Shown here in pieces: positions 13,714 to 27,129 of a stretch of DNA of 64,000 bases (position 1 is its first letter; each line of letters starts with the position of its first letter). The notes under the pieces were generated by a model. It was not told the origin of the DNA. It saw only the letters and a program-made list of their open reading frames with translations, and made no database searches. Location of the stretch: NCBI GenBank assembly GCA_951406725.2, contig OX597818.1:7068001-7132000 (forward strand), read 5' to 3'. Position numbers and translations under genes: made by a program. The stretch comes from Octopus vulgaris (taxonomy: Eukaryota).

Positions 13714-13776
13714 GTGTATATGTGTGTATGTATGTGTATGTGTATGTATGTGTATATATATATATATATGTATATA

Positions 13777-13818
<42 letters not shown>

Positions 13819-14310
13819 TGCGTGTGTGTATGTATGCATATATGTATGTATGCATGTATATGTGTATGTATATATATGTGTGTAAGTGTGTGCATATATG
13901 TATATGTAAGTATGTGTGCGCGTATGAGTATGTATGTATGCTTGCACACGTGTATATATATGTGTGTGTGTGTATATATATGGATGCGCGTGCGTGTGTG
14001 CACGTGTATGGGTACGCATGTATATGTGTATGTGCGTGTATGCGTATACGTGTATGTATGTATGTGTGTGCGTAGATTTGTATATGTATGTGTGAGTGTG
14101 TATATATATATATATATATATATACATATATATAGATGGGTGTGTGTTTGCGTATAAATGCATGTAAGTATGGATGTATGGATGTATGTATGTATGTATA
14201 AGTATGTATGTGTGTATGTGTGTATGTATATATATATGTGTGTATATATGTTTGTGTATGTATATATATGTGTATGTATGTGTGTGTATATGTATGTGTG
14301 TATGTGTATG

Positions 14311-14365
<55 letters not shown>

Positions 14366-15226
14366 CTGTATGTAGGAGTATATATGTGTGTGTGTGTATG
14401 TATATGCGGGTATATATATATATATGTATATTTATTGGTGTATATGTATAGACTAGCCTCCTAAAGTGTAGACACGAATCTGTAGGTACGAGTACGTATG
14501 TGTATATACGTGAACGTATGTAGATGTTTGTATGTATGAATATAACGCGTGCGTACGTGTATGTGTATGAGTGTACGAATGGGTGAATGTACGTGCTAAT
14601 GAGTGTGCGTGCGGGAATGAGTACTTGCCTTCTAGTAGACAGACAAATGGACATGCAGCCATTGCCAGGATTCTTAGCTCTAGCGATCAAAGATAACAAA
14701 AGTAATAAATGAAGATAATAAAATTAAAATTAGGGAATGGGCCTGTATTGGATTGTATATATATATATGTATATGTATATTTGTATGTATGTATGTGTGT
14801 ATGTGTAGGTATGTATAGGTACACATGTGTATGTGTATGTGTATGTATATATGTGTGTATGTATGTATGTGCACACATGTATATATATGTATGCGTGTAT
14901 ATGTTTATATATATATATGTGTACATAGGTGTATGTGGGTGTATGTATATATAGGTGTAAATATGTGTATATAGGGAACTAGGTGTGTTGTGTGTGCATG
15001 AGTGTATGTGCGTATGAATATATATTTTTATGTGTATATATGTATGTGTGGTCGTGGGTATATATATATATATATATACATGTGTGTATGCGTGCATGCA
15101 TGGGAGTGAGTGTATGCATATATACGTGTGTGTATGTGTAGACAGGTATAGGCATGTGCATGTGTATAAATTTGTATATGTGGGCGGGTGTATGTATGTG
15201 TGTATGTAGATATGTATGTATGTGTG

Positions 15227-15279
<53 letters not shown>

Positions 15280-15612
15280 ATATATATGTGTATGTATGTA
15301 TGTGTGTGTAGATACGTATACATGTGTGTATAGGTATAAGTGAGAATCTCCTTATTTACCTATAACTCTATCCCCCCTTTTTTTATATATATATTTTTTT
15401 ATATATATATTTTTATATATATATTTTTTTATATATATTTTTTATTTTTTTATTTTTTTATTTATCTATTCTTTCATCTAACTTACCACTGACTCCTTGA
15501 CCACTCCCCCAAGTATGATATTTTGCGCTATGCCTACCCCCAAAAAAGTCCCCCACCACCACTCCTTTAAACCTGCCTAAATGTATAAATGCTAATACAA
15601 TTCTTGTTAAAT

Positions 15613-15663
15613 AGCTTCCTGAAGATTTCTCTTGAATGAAACAGTACTAGTCCTGTAGAAGCT
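15613..15663 (+). ncRNA. Type I hammerhead ribozyme, family C
   Basis: AGCTTC stem I, CTGAAGA 15619-15625, GAAA 15638-15641, GTA 15655-15657, GAAGCT 15658-15663. Confidence 0.88.
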
Positions 15664-15674
15664 CCTTCTATATA

Positions 15675-15727
<53 letters not shown>

Positions 15728-15735
<8 letters not shown>

Positions 15736-16433
15736 CATAAAATATGATAAAACACCTTTTAACAATTCAAAATGGGGCTGGAAGGGGATTAAAATTTACA
15801 GGAGCTGGTGTTTAGGAATTATCTGTTACATCAAGCTAAAAAATTTGCGCCAGCCTTTAAATCTTCTATGTGTTGCCGTCCATCATGAAGAAGTTTTGAA
15901 TGCTTGCCATGGTGAGTCTAATGTCATTCAAAACTTGGTGTTTAGGAATTTTTTTTAACATCAAGTTGAAAATTGCCACTACGTTGCTGTCCGTCGTTAA
16001 GAAATGCCAGCCATGTTGACTCTACTATCCTTAGGTTCTATCCCTTCAAACTTTGGTTTCCAATATTTAAAAAAAATTTTATTCAGCTCGCAAGTTCGTC
16101 TGTCCCTTTTAAATGTTAGTGTTTTGCTGTCTGTCTTGAAGCAGACCTTTCCGTTGTCACTGATGTTTATGATTGATCTTACAAAATATTTTTTCTCAAC
16201 AAACTCAAGATCTGTTGTTGTTTGTAAATGGGAGACAGATAGACAGAGAAAGATAGAGAGTAAGAGAAAGCGAGGGCGAGTCCGCGAGAAAGGAAGAGTA
16301 AGAGAGTGGGAAAGTGAAAGAGAAAGGAGAGAGAAACAAAGAGGGAGAATGTGGTGATAAAAAACAGAAAGGAAGCAACAGAAAGTAACAACTACACTCT
16401 TAACCGCGCGTAGAGCGGGTCACCTTAAGCTAG
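15728..16433 (+). mobile_element. Non-autonomous Helitron-like remnant
   Basis: GC hairpin CCGCGCGTAGAGCGG ~11 nt upstream of CTAG|T (16430-16433). The 5' boundary is uncertain. Confidence 0.5.
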
Positions 16434-16519
16434 TATATATATATACTAGCCTTCTGGAAAGGCGTGAGCAACCTGGGAATCCATCTGGCAGACACCTTTT
16501 GCATATGCAAATGGTCATG

Positions 16520-16976
16520 AATGATAGTTTCCACTGACCCGGTACTAATCTTGACCTCATGGGCTATTTGGCGAATAATTATGCGTCGATCTTCCAAAAT
16601 GGCAGTCTCAACTTGACGGACAGATGCCTCATCAATGGCAGAAGGGGGCGACCAGATCTGGGAGCTGTTTCCACAGAGTTCCGACCATGTTTGAATTCAC
16701 GATGCCAGCGTTTTACAAGGTCATATGATGGGGCATCATCACCATAAGTTACTTTCATTTCATCAAAAGTCTCCCGTGGTGTGCGTCCTTTCAAATACAA
16801 AAACCGGATCACTGCTCGACACTCAACAGGCTCCATTTCACACTTGACTCGGTTCAAACACCTGTAAATCAGAAACCACAATTAATTCAGAGCTGTAATT
16901 TGCCACTTACTCTATAGAGATATAAATGATTGCACATGCAATTGGGTCAGAGGCATTACTTATTGAACGTCCCTCG
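16520..16976 (-). mobile_element. mariner transposon 5' fragment (TIR + N-terminal HTH)
   Basis: MEPVECRAVIRFLYLKG...YGDDAPSYDLVKRWHREFKHGR...APRSGRP. Terminus on the minus strand is TA|CGAGGGACGTTCAATAAGT. Confidence 0.85.
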
Positions 16977-17290
16977 TACATCTATATCACTGAAGGTGAA
17001 CGATACACCCCTACACCTATATTTACACACATGCAAAGATACACTCACGTACGTATACACATATAGATACAAATATCTATATCCACACACACACATATAT
17101 ATGTATACGTACGCACCTACATACGTACATATATTTTAATATACGCGGAAATATACCCCGACTGTAGATGACACCAGGTAGCCCGAAATATGCCATTGCT
17201 CTACTCAACACTTCAACTTACTAATCAACATATACACATTAGTCCCAAATATTAAATTTATATATATTATTGAAAACTGTTTGATTCGGA

Positions 17291-17338
17291 TTCCATGCTA
17301 TTTCAAGTTTCAGAGTCTGACTCTTCAGGCTGGTGGAA
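17291..17338 (-). ncRNA. Degenerate hammerhead, family B
   Basis: Minus strand reads TTCCACCAGC-CTGAAGA-GTCAGACTCT-GAAACTTGAA-ATA-GCATGGAA. Stem II is shortened and GTA is changed to ATA. Confidence 0.55.
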
Positions 17339-17453
17339 TATCCGAATGAACAGAGAGGTAAAGGGAGTCCAAAATCGCTACCGGTTGATGGACTGCAATT
17401 GATCAAGAAAGGACACGTCGTGTCACGATATACTTGCATCGAAGGTTTGTTTT

Positions 17454-17490
<37 letters not shown>

Positions 17491-17702
17491 TCACGTGGTG
17501 TCACCATATATATGTGTATATAATCACTGTGATCGATTCTTACAACTGGAATTTTTCATGGCGGTACTCCAGTACGGCTGGAGCCTAATGATTGCAGCAA
17601 CAAAACATGATATATATTTTGACCTTACTACCGGCGTAATTTTAATGAATGAAATTATTGGATGAATATATTAAATATTGTATCACCTACTTTACCAGCG
17701 CT

Positions 17703-18005
17703 GAGGCACATGGCTTAGTGGCTAGAGCAGTGGACTCGCGGTCGAGGGAACGCGGGTTCGAATCTCAGATCGGGCGATGTGTGTGTTTATGAGCGAAGCA
17801 TCTAAGCCCCACGCGTCTCCGGCAGAAGGTAATGGCTAACTTCTGTCTCCTGACCCTTTCGCCACAACTTTTTCTCACTCTTTCCTTCTGCATCTTGCAG
17901 CTCACCTGCGACAGACCGACGTCCTGTCCAGGTGGGGAATCTTTACGCCAAGGAAACCAGGAAACCGGCCCTTATGACCCAGGCATGGTTCGAGAAGGGA
18001 CAATC
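17703..18005 (+). mobile_element. tRNA-derived SINE
   Basis: A box TGGCTTAGTGG (17711-17721) and B box GGTTCGAATC (17755-17764), followed by a non-tRNA body. Confidence 0.75.
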
Positions 18006-20336
18006 TTTGCCACCAATAACGTAATCCACCTTTCTTGGGATAGCCCACATTATCTTTTTTACTTGTGTACGCTGCAGTCAAACGCAAGGCTTTACAAACT
18101 AACTTATATAAATGTGCAATTCAAACACAGTTTCACAGTCCAAATTATCAGCAACCTTCTTTAAATTGTTGTTGATGGTATACGCGCGCGCGAGTGTGCG
18201 CGTGAGTGTATGTTTGTGTTAGCAGTGTATTTTCATCAACAGATTACTCAATGTGTCTTTCTCCATTTCAGAACGTAACGTAGGGCTTAAAGAATTCTTT
18301 TGTTTTGGGGTACCCCTAGCATGCCGGCCGTTTGGTTGTATAGAGCTAACTTCACTCATATAAAATGAAGTAAGGAATCTAGAGAGAATTTTACCATAAA
18401 TACTTCTGTTGATAACAATTTACTAATGAAAATATCCTTTCTATTTGTTATTTTTATTATCGTTTTAGTCAGGAGGGAATGTAGTACCCATGACAAGTTA
18501 TAAGGTCTCCATGACTGTAGAGAGAAAAGGAATATGCCCTAGCCGAATGCTTGCAGCAGAATGGTCACCTGGTCACTGCTAAAAACTGAAGTTGTCAGGT
18601 GGAGGTTTTTGTTGCGGGAGATGGCTCAAGTCCATTAGCTAAATGTTATACTAAAAGCAATATAACATTTATTTGCATATTCGATACATCCAGACAGGTT
18701 CAAAAGCAAATATGTTGGACGTTGACGTTCACCACAGAAGAATGAGTTCCCTCTTTTACGACGACAGTGTGTTCAACACACTCGGCATATTGGTGCACAA
18801 GAATCTGGTACACTGGTGCTTCGACATATTTCAACACTGCTGTTTCGACAATTTGTCTTGTTAGACAAAATCATCAGGACATTTGGGCCTAAACAAAGTC
18901 GCTAGTTTTGTAATACTTTCCCCGTACAAGGTTTTTACTCATCAGTGCTTATATCGTAGGACAATTATCAGTTTAGTTCGCATTATTGGGGAGAAAGAGA
19001 TAGACAGTCTACTTGATCATTCATCTTGCAGTGTACCATGATATTGCAGTAGACATGAGCATGGATATGTGATTTACGTAATTACCTAAATTTATAGACA
19101 CCAAGCTGTCTTTGAATACTGAAGATCATTGCATTGTATTCTTTTAGGAATAATTGAGTTAATAAATAGGAATAATGAATAAATGATTAAATTGATATTA
19201 TTCATTTTCGTCTTTGTTCTGTTGTGTGTTTGTATATATATATATGATGTAGTTTACATCTAATATACTATATGTGTGTATATTTATGATAATAGAGGGT
19301 CAACAATTGCTCTTGTATAAAGTACTCAATTAAATTTTTTCAGTATTTATGTTTTTTTAACAATTCTGCTATATAAATTTACTGTCATCAATATTCGTTC
19401 CGTATTGCAGTGGCGACATTTAAATTGACGAGGTCGAAATCATGGCAGAGGACAAAATGACTGCGAATGACGATAACCAAATTGTGGATGACGATGATAT
19501 ATTTGAAATCGACTTTGACTATATTGAGATTGATAATGTCGAATTTCGGAGGGAAACTCTAATGTTTATCTATGGTTTAGATCTGCCTTAATCTATGGAA
19601 ATTCACCAATGTGTGTCATAATTTTCAAATAACAGTCTCATTGCGGCTTTGTTATAGAGTCTGCCAAGTTCAAACGTAGATCTTTCGCTTCCTGCAAGTA
19701 ACTTTCATATTTTCTACCCTATTTAACTACCATCAGTAACCATCAATATAATTTCTCGGCAACCTAATATATGATATATGATATATGTGCTCTACATCAC
19801 GCACTAAACACTCTCATGTTTGGCTACGTCAGAAAAGGCAACATTGCTGCCCCCGATGGACATGTCTGGCCTTAGATAACCCACACTGTCGTTCAGCAGT
19901 GTTCATCAATCGACCTATCGGCTGGTCTACTGATACGTCATTCGCTCAGTCATCATTTTCTCTTTGTATACGAAGAGTCTGATAAAGAGCCTGTAATAAT
20001 GCATCAAAGACTACGTACTTCAAGAAACTAACATTACCAATGCTAATAGCTTTAATGAGTAATTAGCAGTAATTGGTTTCGTTTATATGTCGCGTCTTTT
20101 CTTCTTTTTATTTCTTCAGTTTATTTTAATTTAGCCGAGGTTCTCTTAATTTGATAGCAACATTAAAATTTATCACATTGAATGGATGGAGAGAGGGAGA
20201 AATGAGTAGAAAAGCAAAGAAGCTACGATCGGAAATATTTGTCGAAAACATAAAAGTTTGATAACTACTTCTATCCATCATTACTGCAACAACAACAACT
20301 GCAACCAAGAAAACAACAATAACAACAACAATAACA

Positions 20337-20388
<52 letters not shown>

Positions 20389-20489
20389 GTTTTTAGATAT
20401 TGATTACAAACTCGCACATTAATACCTATTTATTGCAAACATTTCTTCATGCATAAAACTAATGGACAAATATATTGTTTCCAAGTATA

Positions 20490-22007
20490 CACTGAACCGC
20501 AAAACAAACGCGATTTTTTCAAATGTTATTTTTATACGGTAAATTCTGAAAATTTATTTCGGGGATATAAGTGTAAATATTCCATGACAAGTTGGTTTAT
20601 GACTTAGACCTATATTGCAGGTAACATTTCAACTTGCCTGAAACGAGACGCCAAAACGCAGCTGCGTTGAATGCCGTGGATGGTAGTCGCAAATAATTGT
20701 CATGAAAACTGCATCTCTTGGAGGTCATGGGTATAAAATCAACTTCAACCGCGTTCCTGGCATTGGCAATTTCGATGCATTAAGTATGACCCGACTGTCA
20801 TCAGCGCAGAGAGAACAAGCTCTCGGCCGATTGCAAGGAGGGCAGCGTGCCCTGGTTGTTGTGAAAGCTTACAATGTCCACGTCAGCACCATTTATCGCC
20901 TGCAACAGAGATACAACAATCCCAACAGACTGCAGACTGTGCCCGCAGAGGGCGCCTTGACCATGCCCAGGCGGGTCCGTTTCATCCACCAGCAAGACCA
21001 CCGTGTTCGCTTCAGACTGGCCAGCGTGACAGCTCGCGAGACCATTGGCACTGGACAGCGACCCACCCTCGACGACTCGGTACGACGTTGACTGGCTGCC
21101 AACGACCTGCGTTGCCTTCGTCCTGCCCGAGGGCCTGTCACACGACCTACCACCATCATGCACGACTACAGTGGGCTACACAGTACCGAAATTGACTGCA
21201 TTAACAATGGAGGTCGATAGTTTTCTCTGACTGGAGCCGGTACTGCCTTTCCAGCTCGGATGGCAGAATGAGGATATGGCGTAGGAGGGGTGAACGCTAC
21301 AGAGACGCATGTGTCACGGAGAGATACGCGTGGGATGACCAAAGTATTCTGATTTAGAGTGGTATATGCCTGAATCAGAGAATTGAGCTCCATGTGTTCC
21401 AAAATGTTGGTGCAGAGGGAATGGCATCACATCGCAGTACTACGTTGACCAGATGCTAAGACCTCACACCGTGCCCTTCCTCGCGCGTGACTATAGCCAT
21501 GTGTTCCAGCAGGACAATGCTCCCTCCCACACGGCCAGTGTCACGATGGACTTCTTGCGCCAGCACAACATCAGAAACACGCTATGGCCGGCTCTCAGTC
21601 CAGATTTTGAACCCAATTGTACATCTGCATGATGAAATCTAGAGACGGCTGAACCAGGTGGTCCCAAGGCCTACAATTCTTGTGGAACTGGAGGGCGCTT
21701 TCCTCAGTGTGTGAGCACAGGTGTCAATGGCTTTTGTGAACCGTCTCATACACTCCATGTTCCGATGGTGTATGGCCATTTTGAACACTCAGAAAAGGCA
21801 TACACGGAATTGAACACGTCACGCCCAATAATCTTGATATGCTGGATCAGCCCCAGACCATAAGACACGACAACGACCCATACACTGTGTTTAAAGGGCA
21901 TACAAGAAATTGACTTTATCAGATTTATCAAAATTTATCTCTGACATAATGAAATGAAAATATGTTTCACGGTCACATAGTTCTCGCGTTTCTTTTGCGG
22001 TTCAGTG
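20490..22007 (+). mobile_element. Tc1-family DNA transposon, full length, decayed transposase
   Basis: TIRs CACTGAACCGCAAAA(C/G)AAACGCGA at both ends with TA duplication. Transposase from ~20787 (MTRLSSAQREQALGRL) has FSD, FQQDNAPSHTA and WPALSPD remnants, broken by frameshifts and stops. Confidence 0.9.
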
Positions 22008-22239
22008 TATTTGTATATTGTAGGCAACTAATGTAGCAAATGTATTTTCATACCTGCAAAACTTTACCATTCTTTCTTCAATTCATTTTTTGAACATCAG
22101 TAATTATAAGGAGATATAACAACTCGGAAGTTATGAGTAGATGACAGCCTGTGAAAGCGAGCATTTCTATTGCCCGTGATAAAAATCTAGCGTTTATTAT
22201 TAAAGGCAACGCAGTTGATAACGATGTGTTTGTATGTGT

Positions 22240-22281
<42 letters not shown>

Positions 22282-23313
22282 CCCGGACACGATGTTTATA
22301 GGATACGTTCGGCAACTGTAATTTGCAACTACTTGTCCACTAGTTGTAAGTTAGCAGGGACATGAGTTTATATTGTGAATAGAGCTGTGGAACGTGGTTA
22401 GGAGTGGTAGTCTTAAAATGCGATATAGGTTTCAGCACTTAAACGTTCAATTTATGATAATTTCAATAGCACTAGCAAACATCTTTTTATTCTGTATGAT
22501 AATCGAACAAAATGAGCCAATGAAGGGTATTCTACGTGTGGTAGAAGCCTCCGATAAATTCTCTCAAATTACATACTACAGCCATAAAAAGAACACAATG
22601 GATAGTGTCATGTAACACATTCAAAGATGGCAGGAAAGTAATGGATGGAATGCATATATATATATATATAATTACACCTTCGCACTAACGTAGCTAGAGT
22701 GTGTACTGCCCGGTGTACCGTCAGGTGTGGCCCTTCCATTTACCACCCCTTCAGTTTACTGCCTCCGGCCCTTACAGAAAGCACATATTGCCTACAACAG
22801 TAGTCTATGTTGTAAAGTGCCGTCCGTGGTGGACCGCCCCTACCACCCCTTCCCAGATATGCTAGTGCACCTACACCAACAACATACATAAACACAGGCT
22901 GATAAACGCAGTGAGAGTATCAATACAGGAACAACTAATTTTATCAGTAACGAGTAGTATAGCCCGGGATTAAGTTAGATTATTAAGCTATTCAAGCACT
23001 TTGTTTCAAACCAAACTAAGTAACACCGACGTGAAATTTGAGCGAAATCCGTTGAAATTGGTAAACGTTAGGCTGAAAATGGGTTGCAGTCAATTTGATT
23101 GGGAAATCCCATAAGGAATCGGTTTATCGATTTTACCAGTCATCGATTGCGAAAGGGGGATCAGAAGCCTCTAAAAGGCAGCAACTAATTCCGATCTAGT
23201 CCTACCCCTTCATAGGGGTACTATCGGTCAAGGCTGCATCGAAGATATGCATTGGAGAAGATTACCTCGGAGATCTACATTGGAGAAATTGGCATCGAAG
23301 GTTTGTACGCTAT

Positions 23314-23413
<100 letters not shown>

Positions 23414-23449
23414 ATAAATGTCACATTCTCTACTATATATATATTTACT

Positions 23450-24352
23450 AACGAACCATCAAATTCACAATCTGGAAAATTTATTTCTGTAAAATGTTGG
23501 GTGTAGGTAAAATTTCTGAGCCTTCCACCTCACCCCACCCCACCCCATTTTTCGGTCCCCCGAAAGGTTTTTTAGCATATTAGTAGGTCACAGGAATTCA
23601 TTCAACGAAAAAAGAACCCATTCTCAATAATTCCGGGATGAGGGGTCCCCCCTCACCCCACCCTCTTTTTTTCCAAACGAAAATAAGGGATTTGCAGCAT
23701 ATTAGGAGGTCAGGATACTTGAAAATAAAAATCCTATTTATATTTATTTCCTTAATGAAAGTCGTGCGGGTGAAAATATCAATGTGGATGGGTGTGAAAT
23801 TTCGGATCCCAAAATGGATTTTGTAGCATATTAGGTCACAGGAGTTCATTCAACGAAAGAAAAATTTCCAATGATTCCGGGATGGAGGTGGGATTTCTCT
23901 TGCCCTATCCTTACTTTTTCCGAACCAAAAGAAGGGAATAGCAGCATACTAGGAGGCCAGGGTACTTGATTCCACGCAAAAAAATCCAAGTTTTGTTTTC
24001 CTTTGTGAAAATCGTGCGGGTGTTAATCTAAAAACTTACCCGTTGTTTTTCTTTTTTGCCATTGCTAGATAGGAGATTTAACTCCTATGAGCAAACTTAC
24101 GGATTTCACCGACGTGGAAATTGGAAAAAATTATGGTTGAAAATCGATTTTTACCGCTATCCGCGGGTGCCTCAGAAAAAATAAGTTGACAAAAACACAG
24201 CCATGGTCGTGACCAATGTCCTAACATTACAGCGACATGTGTGCTAATTTGTGGACGTGCATAAATTACATTCATGTACACACACACACACACGCGCACA
24301 CACACACATACATACATACACGTACATACATCCTGCCTTTTATAGATATTGA
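23450..24352. repeat. Dispersed repeat with internal ~250-bp tandem duplication, possibly a Helitron/HINE-like remnant
   Basis: TAGCATATTAG..GGTCACAGGA.TTCATTCAACGAAA recurs at ~23573 and ~23824. Subterminal (CA)n is followed by CTTTTATAGATA. Confidence 0.4.
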
Positions 24353-24627
24353 TGTCCGACAGTGAAAGGTTGGTCCGGTCAGAGGTCATCTTGGGGTAAA
24401 CACCAACAAAAATAACGCGACCCGAAACTGTTGCCAGTCATAAAACAAACTTATAAATATGTACATGGCATATACACCAGTTAAATACGAAATATTTACT
24501 ACTCATTTAAGTGTAACTGCAAATAAAACGAACAGGCAGTTGCAACTTATTGATTTTCCTGGTTGTCATACTTACTGATTCAGCATAGTTTATGTGGTTA
24601 CGAATTGGTATACAAGTTTGTGTCCAG

Positions 24628-24671
<44 letters not shown>

Positions 24672-24745
24672 CACACACATACACACACATACACACACAC
24701 GCACACGCACGCACACACACACACATTTATACATTTATACATATA

Positions 24746-25955
24746 CAGGGTATCTCGAAATTAAGGCAACTGAAGTTTCGGGCTTTTATAATTATCAGTA
24801 AATGTGATAATATATGAAAATTATACATCATTATAAAAGCTTAGTGTCTTTTTGTTTCAGACTAAATAAATTCAGAATTATAAATCAGAGAATAGCTATA
24901 GACAGTAATGCCATCATAACCCTCCACGAAGGACGCGAAAGTTATACAGCTATAGCAAAAAAAGGCTTAAAATTAACCGACAACAGTCAGGAAAATTGTC
25001 AAGAAATTTCAAGAGAATTGTTTCACCTCTGATCGACCTGGACGTCGCTGAAAGAGAAGTGTACGGACCCCTCAGCTTATCAAAACTACCAGAGAAAAGG
25101 TACGGCGAAATTCTCGACAGTCCGCCAGAAAACTGGCGGCTGCCACAGCATAAATAAACCGATCGAGTGCTGAAGGAGGATATCAAGACCAACCTCTATA
25201 AGATGATCCGTCGTCATGAGATCACTGAAGGTTATAAGGCCATGAGACTTGAGAAAGATCGTCTTATCCCGCGTCACTTTGCTGAAGGCACGCTACAGAT
25301 CTGGTGCTCACTGATGATATAGAAACCAACAGAATGACCGACTTTGAATGTATTTGGCTCCGTCAAAGTTAGACTTGCAAATTGGTGTCAAAATACAGTC
25401 TTTTATAGTTTGGGTGGCTGTGAGAGTCACTGAAATGTCCTCACTCGTTTTTGTGCCCTCTGGTGTTTAAATTAACACCCGGCAATACATTAGCAATATT
25501 CTGGAAACTGAACTGGATCATCCAACAGGACTCCGCACCATCCCACAACTCCAAAGAAACACAACACTGAATTCAGAAAGATATTTCGTCGTTCATAGGC
25601 AAAGATGTATGGCCCCCAAGCAGCCCCAATCGCAAACTGCTGGATTTTTCTGTTTGGCCCATTTTGGAAACATGGTGTCTCGAGCACGCCTCATGATTCG
25701 CTCGACGCTCTGAAGGCAAAACTGTGACGGGAATGGTTTTGATTCCGCAAGAAGTGTTGCATACCATATGTGAAGCTTTTGCACCTTAACTTAAAGATGA
25801 GCTTCGAAACAGATGTGGTCATATTGAATATATGTAGTAGTGACATAATTGTGTTTCTTTTACCATTGAATTGCAACGCTCGGACTTGAAATAGAACAAA
25901 ATTTTGCTTTGGCAAAGTTGAATAAATTTGGTTCTCTTAATTTTGGGACACCCTG
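24746..25955 (+). mobile_element. Tc1/mariner-superfamily transposon (DDxD type), decayed
   Basis: TIRs CAGGGT.TC.C.AAATTAAG with TA flanks. Remnants RPGR, QQDSAPSH and WPPSSP..LDFSVWPILE. Confidence 0.82.
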
Positions 25956-26001
25956 TATATATGTATATTTATATACATACATACATACATACATACATAC
26001 A

Positions 26002-26033
<32 letters not shown>

Positions 26034-26041
26034 CATATACA

Positions 26042-26110
<69 letters not shown>

Positions 26111-26390
26111 CAACAATTGAGGGTAAAATTAATTAATTAATCAATTTCACCAAGTATTCAGTATGCAAAGGGACCATTTAAGGCGAATTCAAATTATTAC
26201 ATTATATAAAAGGGCTTAGTAAAATAAATTACTTTGCCGCATACTGAACTCATTAGAAATAGCAGCTAAAAAAACTTTTTTAAAACTATTTCCAATACTT
26301 AAAGAAAATCTCTCTCATATAGTGCTTGTTCAATTCAACTCACGAAAGTATGAGGGTAGAAACATTAAAAAATCAAATGCAAAGGTTATT

Positions 26391-26443
26391 TGAGAACGTA
26401 CGTTTCAAGATTAGTCAAACTCGACACTTCTATCATCAGCTCA
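26391..26443 (-). ncRNA. Type I hammerhead ribozyme, family D
   Basis: Reverse complement of 26815-26867. Confidence 0.75.
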
Positions 26444-26814
26444 GAACTCCCTGGTTTGGATTTGAAAACACTGAAAGCAGGAGCATACCTATTCGGCTTC
26501 CCATCGCCTCCGAAGATCTACTCGAAACCTTTGCATACTGAATACTTGGTGAAATTGATTAATTAATTAATTTTACCCTCAATTGTTGAAATTATAATTC
26601 ATCTCTCTCTAGTTAATGCCTCGGATTTTACCGAAAAAAAGCATGTTGTTTGTTGATTTTAACCCACGCTGGTGGAAGGGGGAGAGCAGAAATTCTTCGC
26701 TTGCATATTTGAATTTGCTGGCACTGTTAGTTTCGAGTAGATCTTCGGAGGCGATGGGAAGCCAAATAGGTATGCTCCTGCTTTCAGTGTTTTCAAATCC
26801 AAACCAGGGAGTTC

Positions 26815-26867
26815 TGAGCTGATGATAGAAGTGTCGAGTTTGACTAATCTTGAAACGTACGTTCTCA
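26815..26867 (+). ncRNA. Type I hammerhead ribozyme, family D
   Basis: TGAG-CTGATGA (26819-26825)-T-AGA..GTCGA-GT-TTGAC..TCT-T-GAAA (26852-26855)-C-GTAC-GTT-CTCA. Cleavage triplet is GUU. Confidence 0.75.
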
Positions 26868-27049
26868 AATAACCTTTGCATTTGATTTTTTAATGTTTCT
26901 ACCCTCATACTTTCGTGAGTTGAATTGAACAAGCACTATATGAGAGAGATTTTCTTTAAGTATTGGAAATAGTTTTAAAAAAGTTTTTTTAGCTGCTATT
27001 TCTAATGAGTTCAGTATGCGGCAAAGTAATTTATTTTACTAAGCCCTTT

Positions 27050-27129
<80 letters not shown>

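Larger units (their letters stand above)
7126..15680. mobile_element. PLE copy 2: 8.5-kb asymmetric palindrome of two 5'-truncated copies head-to-head, in (TA)n
   Basis: Arms 7195-11253 and 11655-15680 are near-identical reverse complements, with a ~400-bp RT spacer (11254-11654). A 69-bp tail (7126-7194) is on the left only. (TA)n flanks both sides. Confidence 0.92.
26109..27057. mobile_element. Non-coding HHR-bearing palindromic insertion (family D) in (TA)n
   Basis: Inverted arms 26201-26528 and 26730-27057. Tail 26109-26200 is partly repeated inverted at ~26528-26592. Ends TATATAAT + (TA)n. Confidence 0.85.

Noticed and set aside
7126-15680. The palindrome as a pure assembly fold-back artefact
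   Set aside because: It is asymmetric (spacer and one-sided tail), the arms differ by substitutions, and an independent mini-copy at 28475 has the same ends. It is not fully excluded without reads.
17703-17775. tRNA gene (also 45860-45926)
   Set aside because: A and B boxes are present, but I see no clean cloverleaf or terminator and the sequence runs into a SINE body.
19442-19591. Short acidic ORF MAEDKMTANDDNQIVDDDDIFEIDFDY
   Set aside because: About 49 codons with no recognisable domain. It could be an exon or a transposase N-terminus, but I cannot support either.
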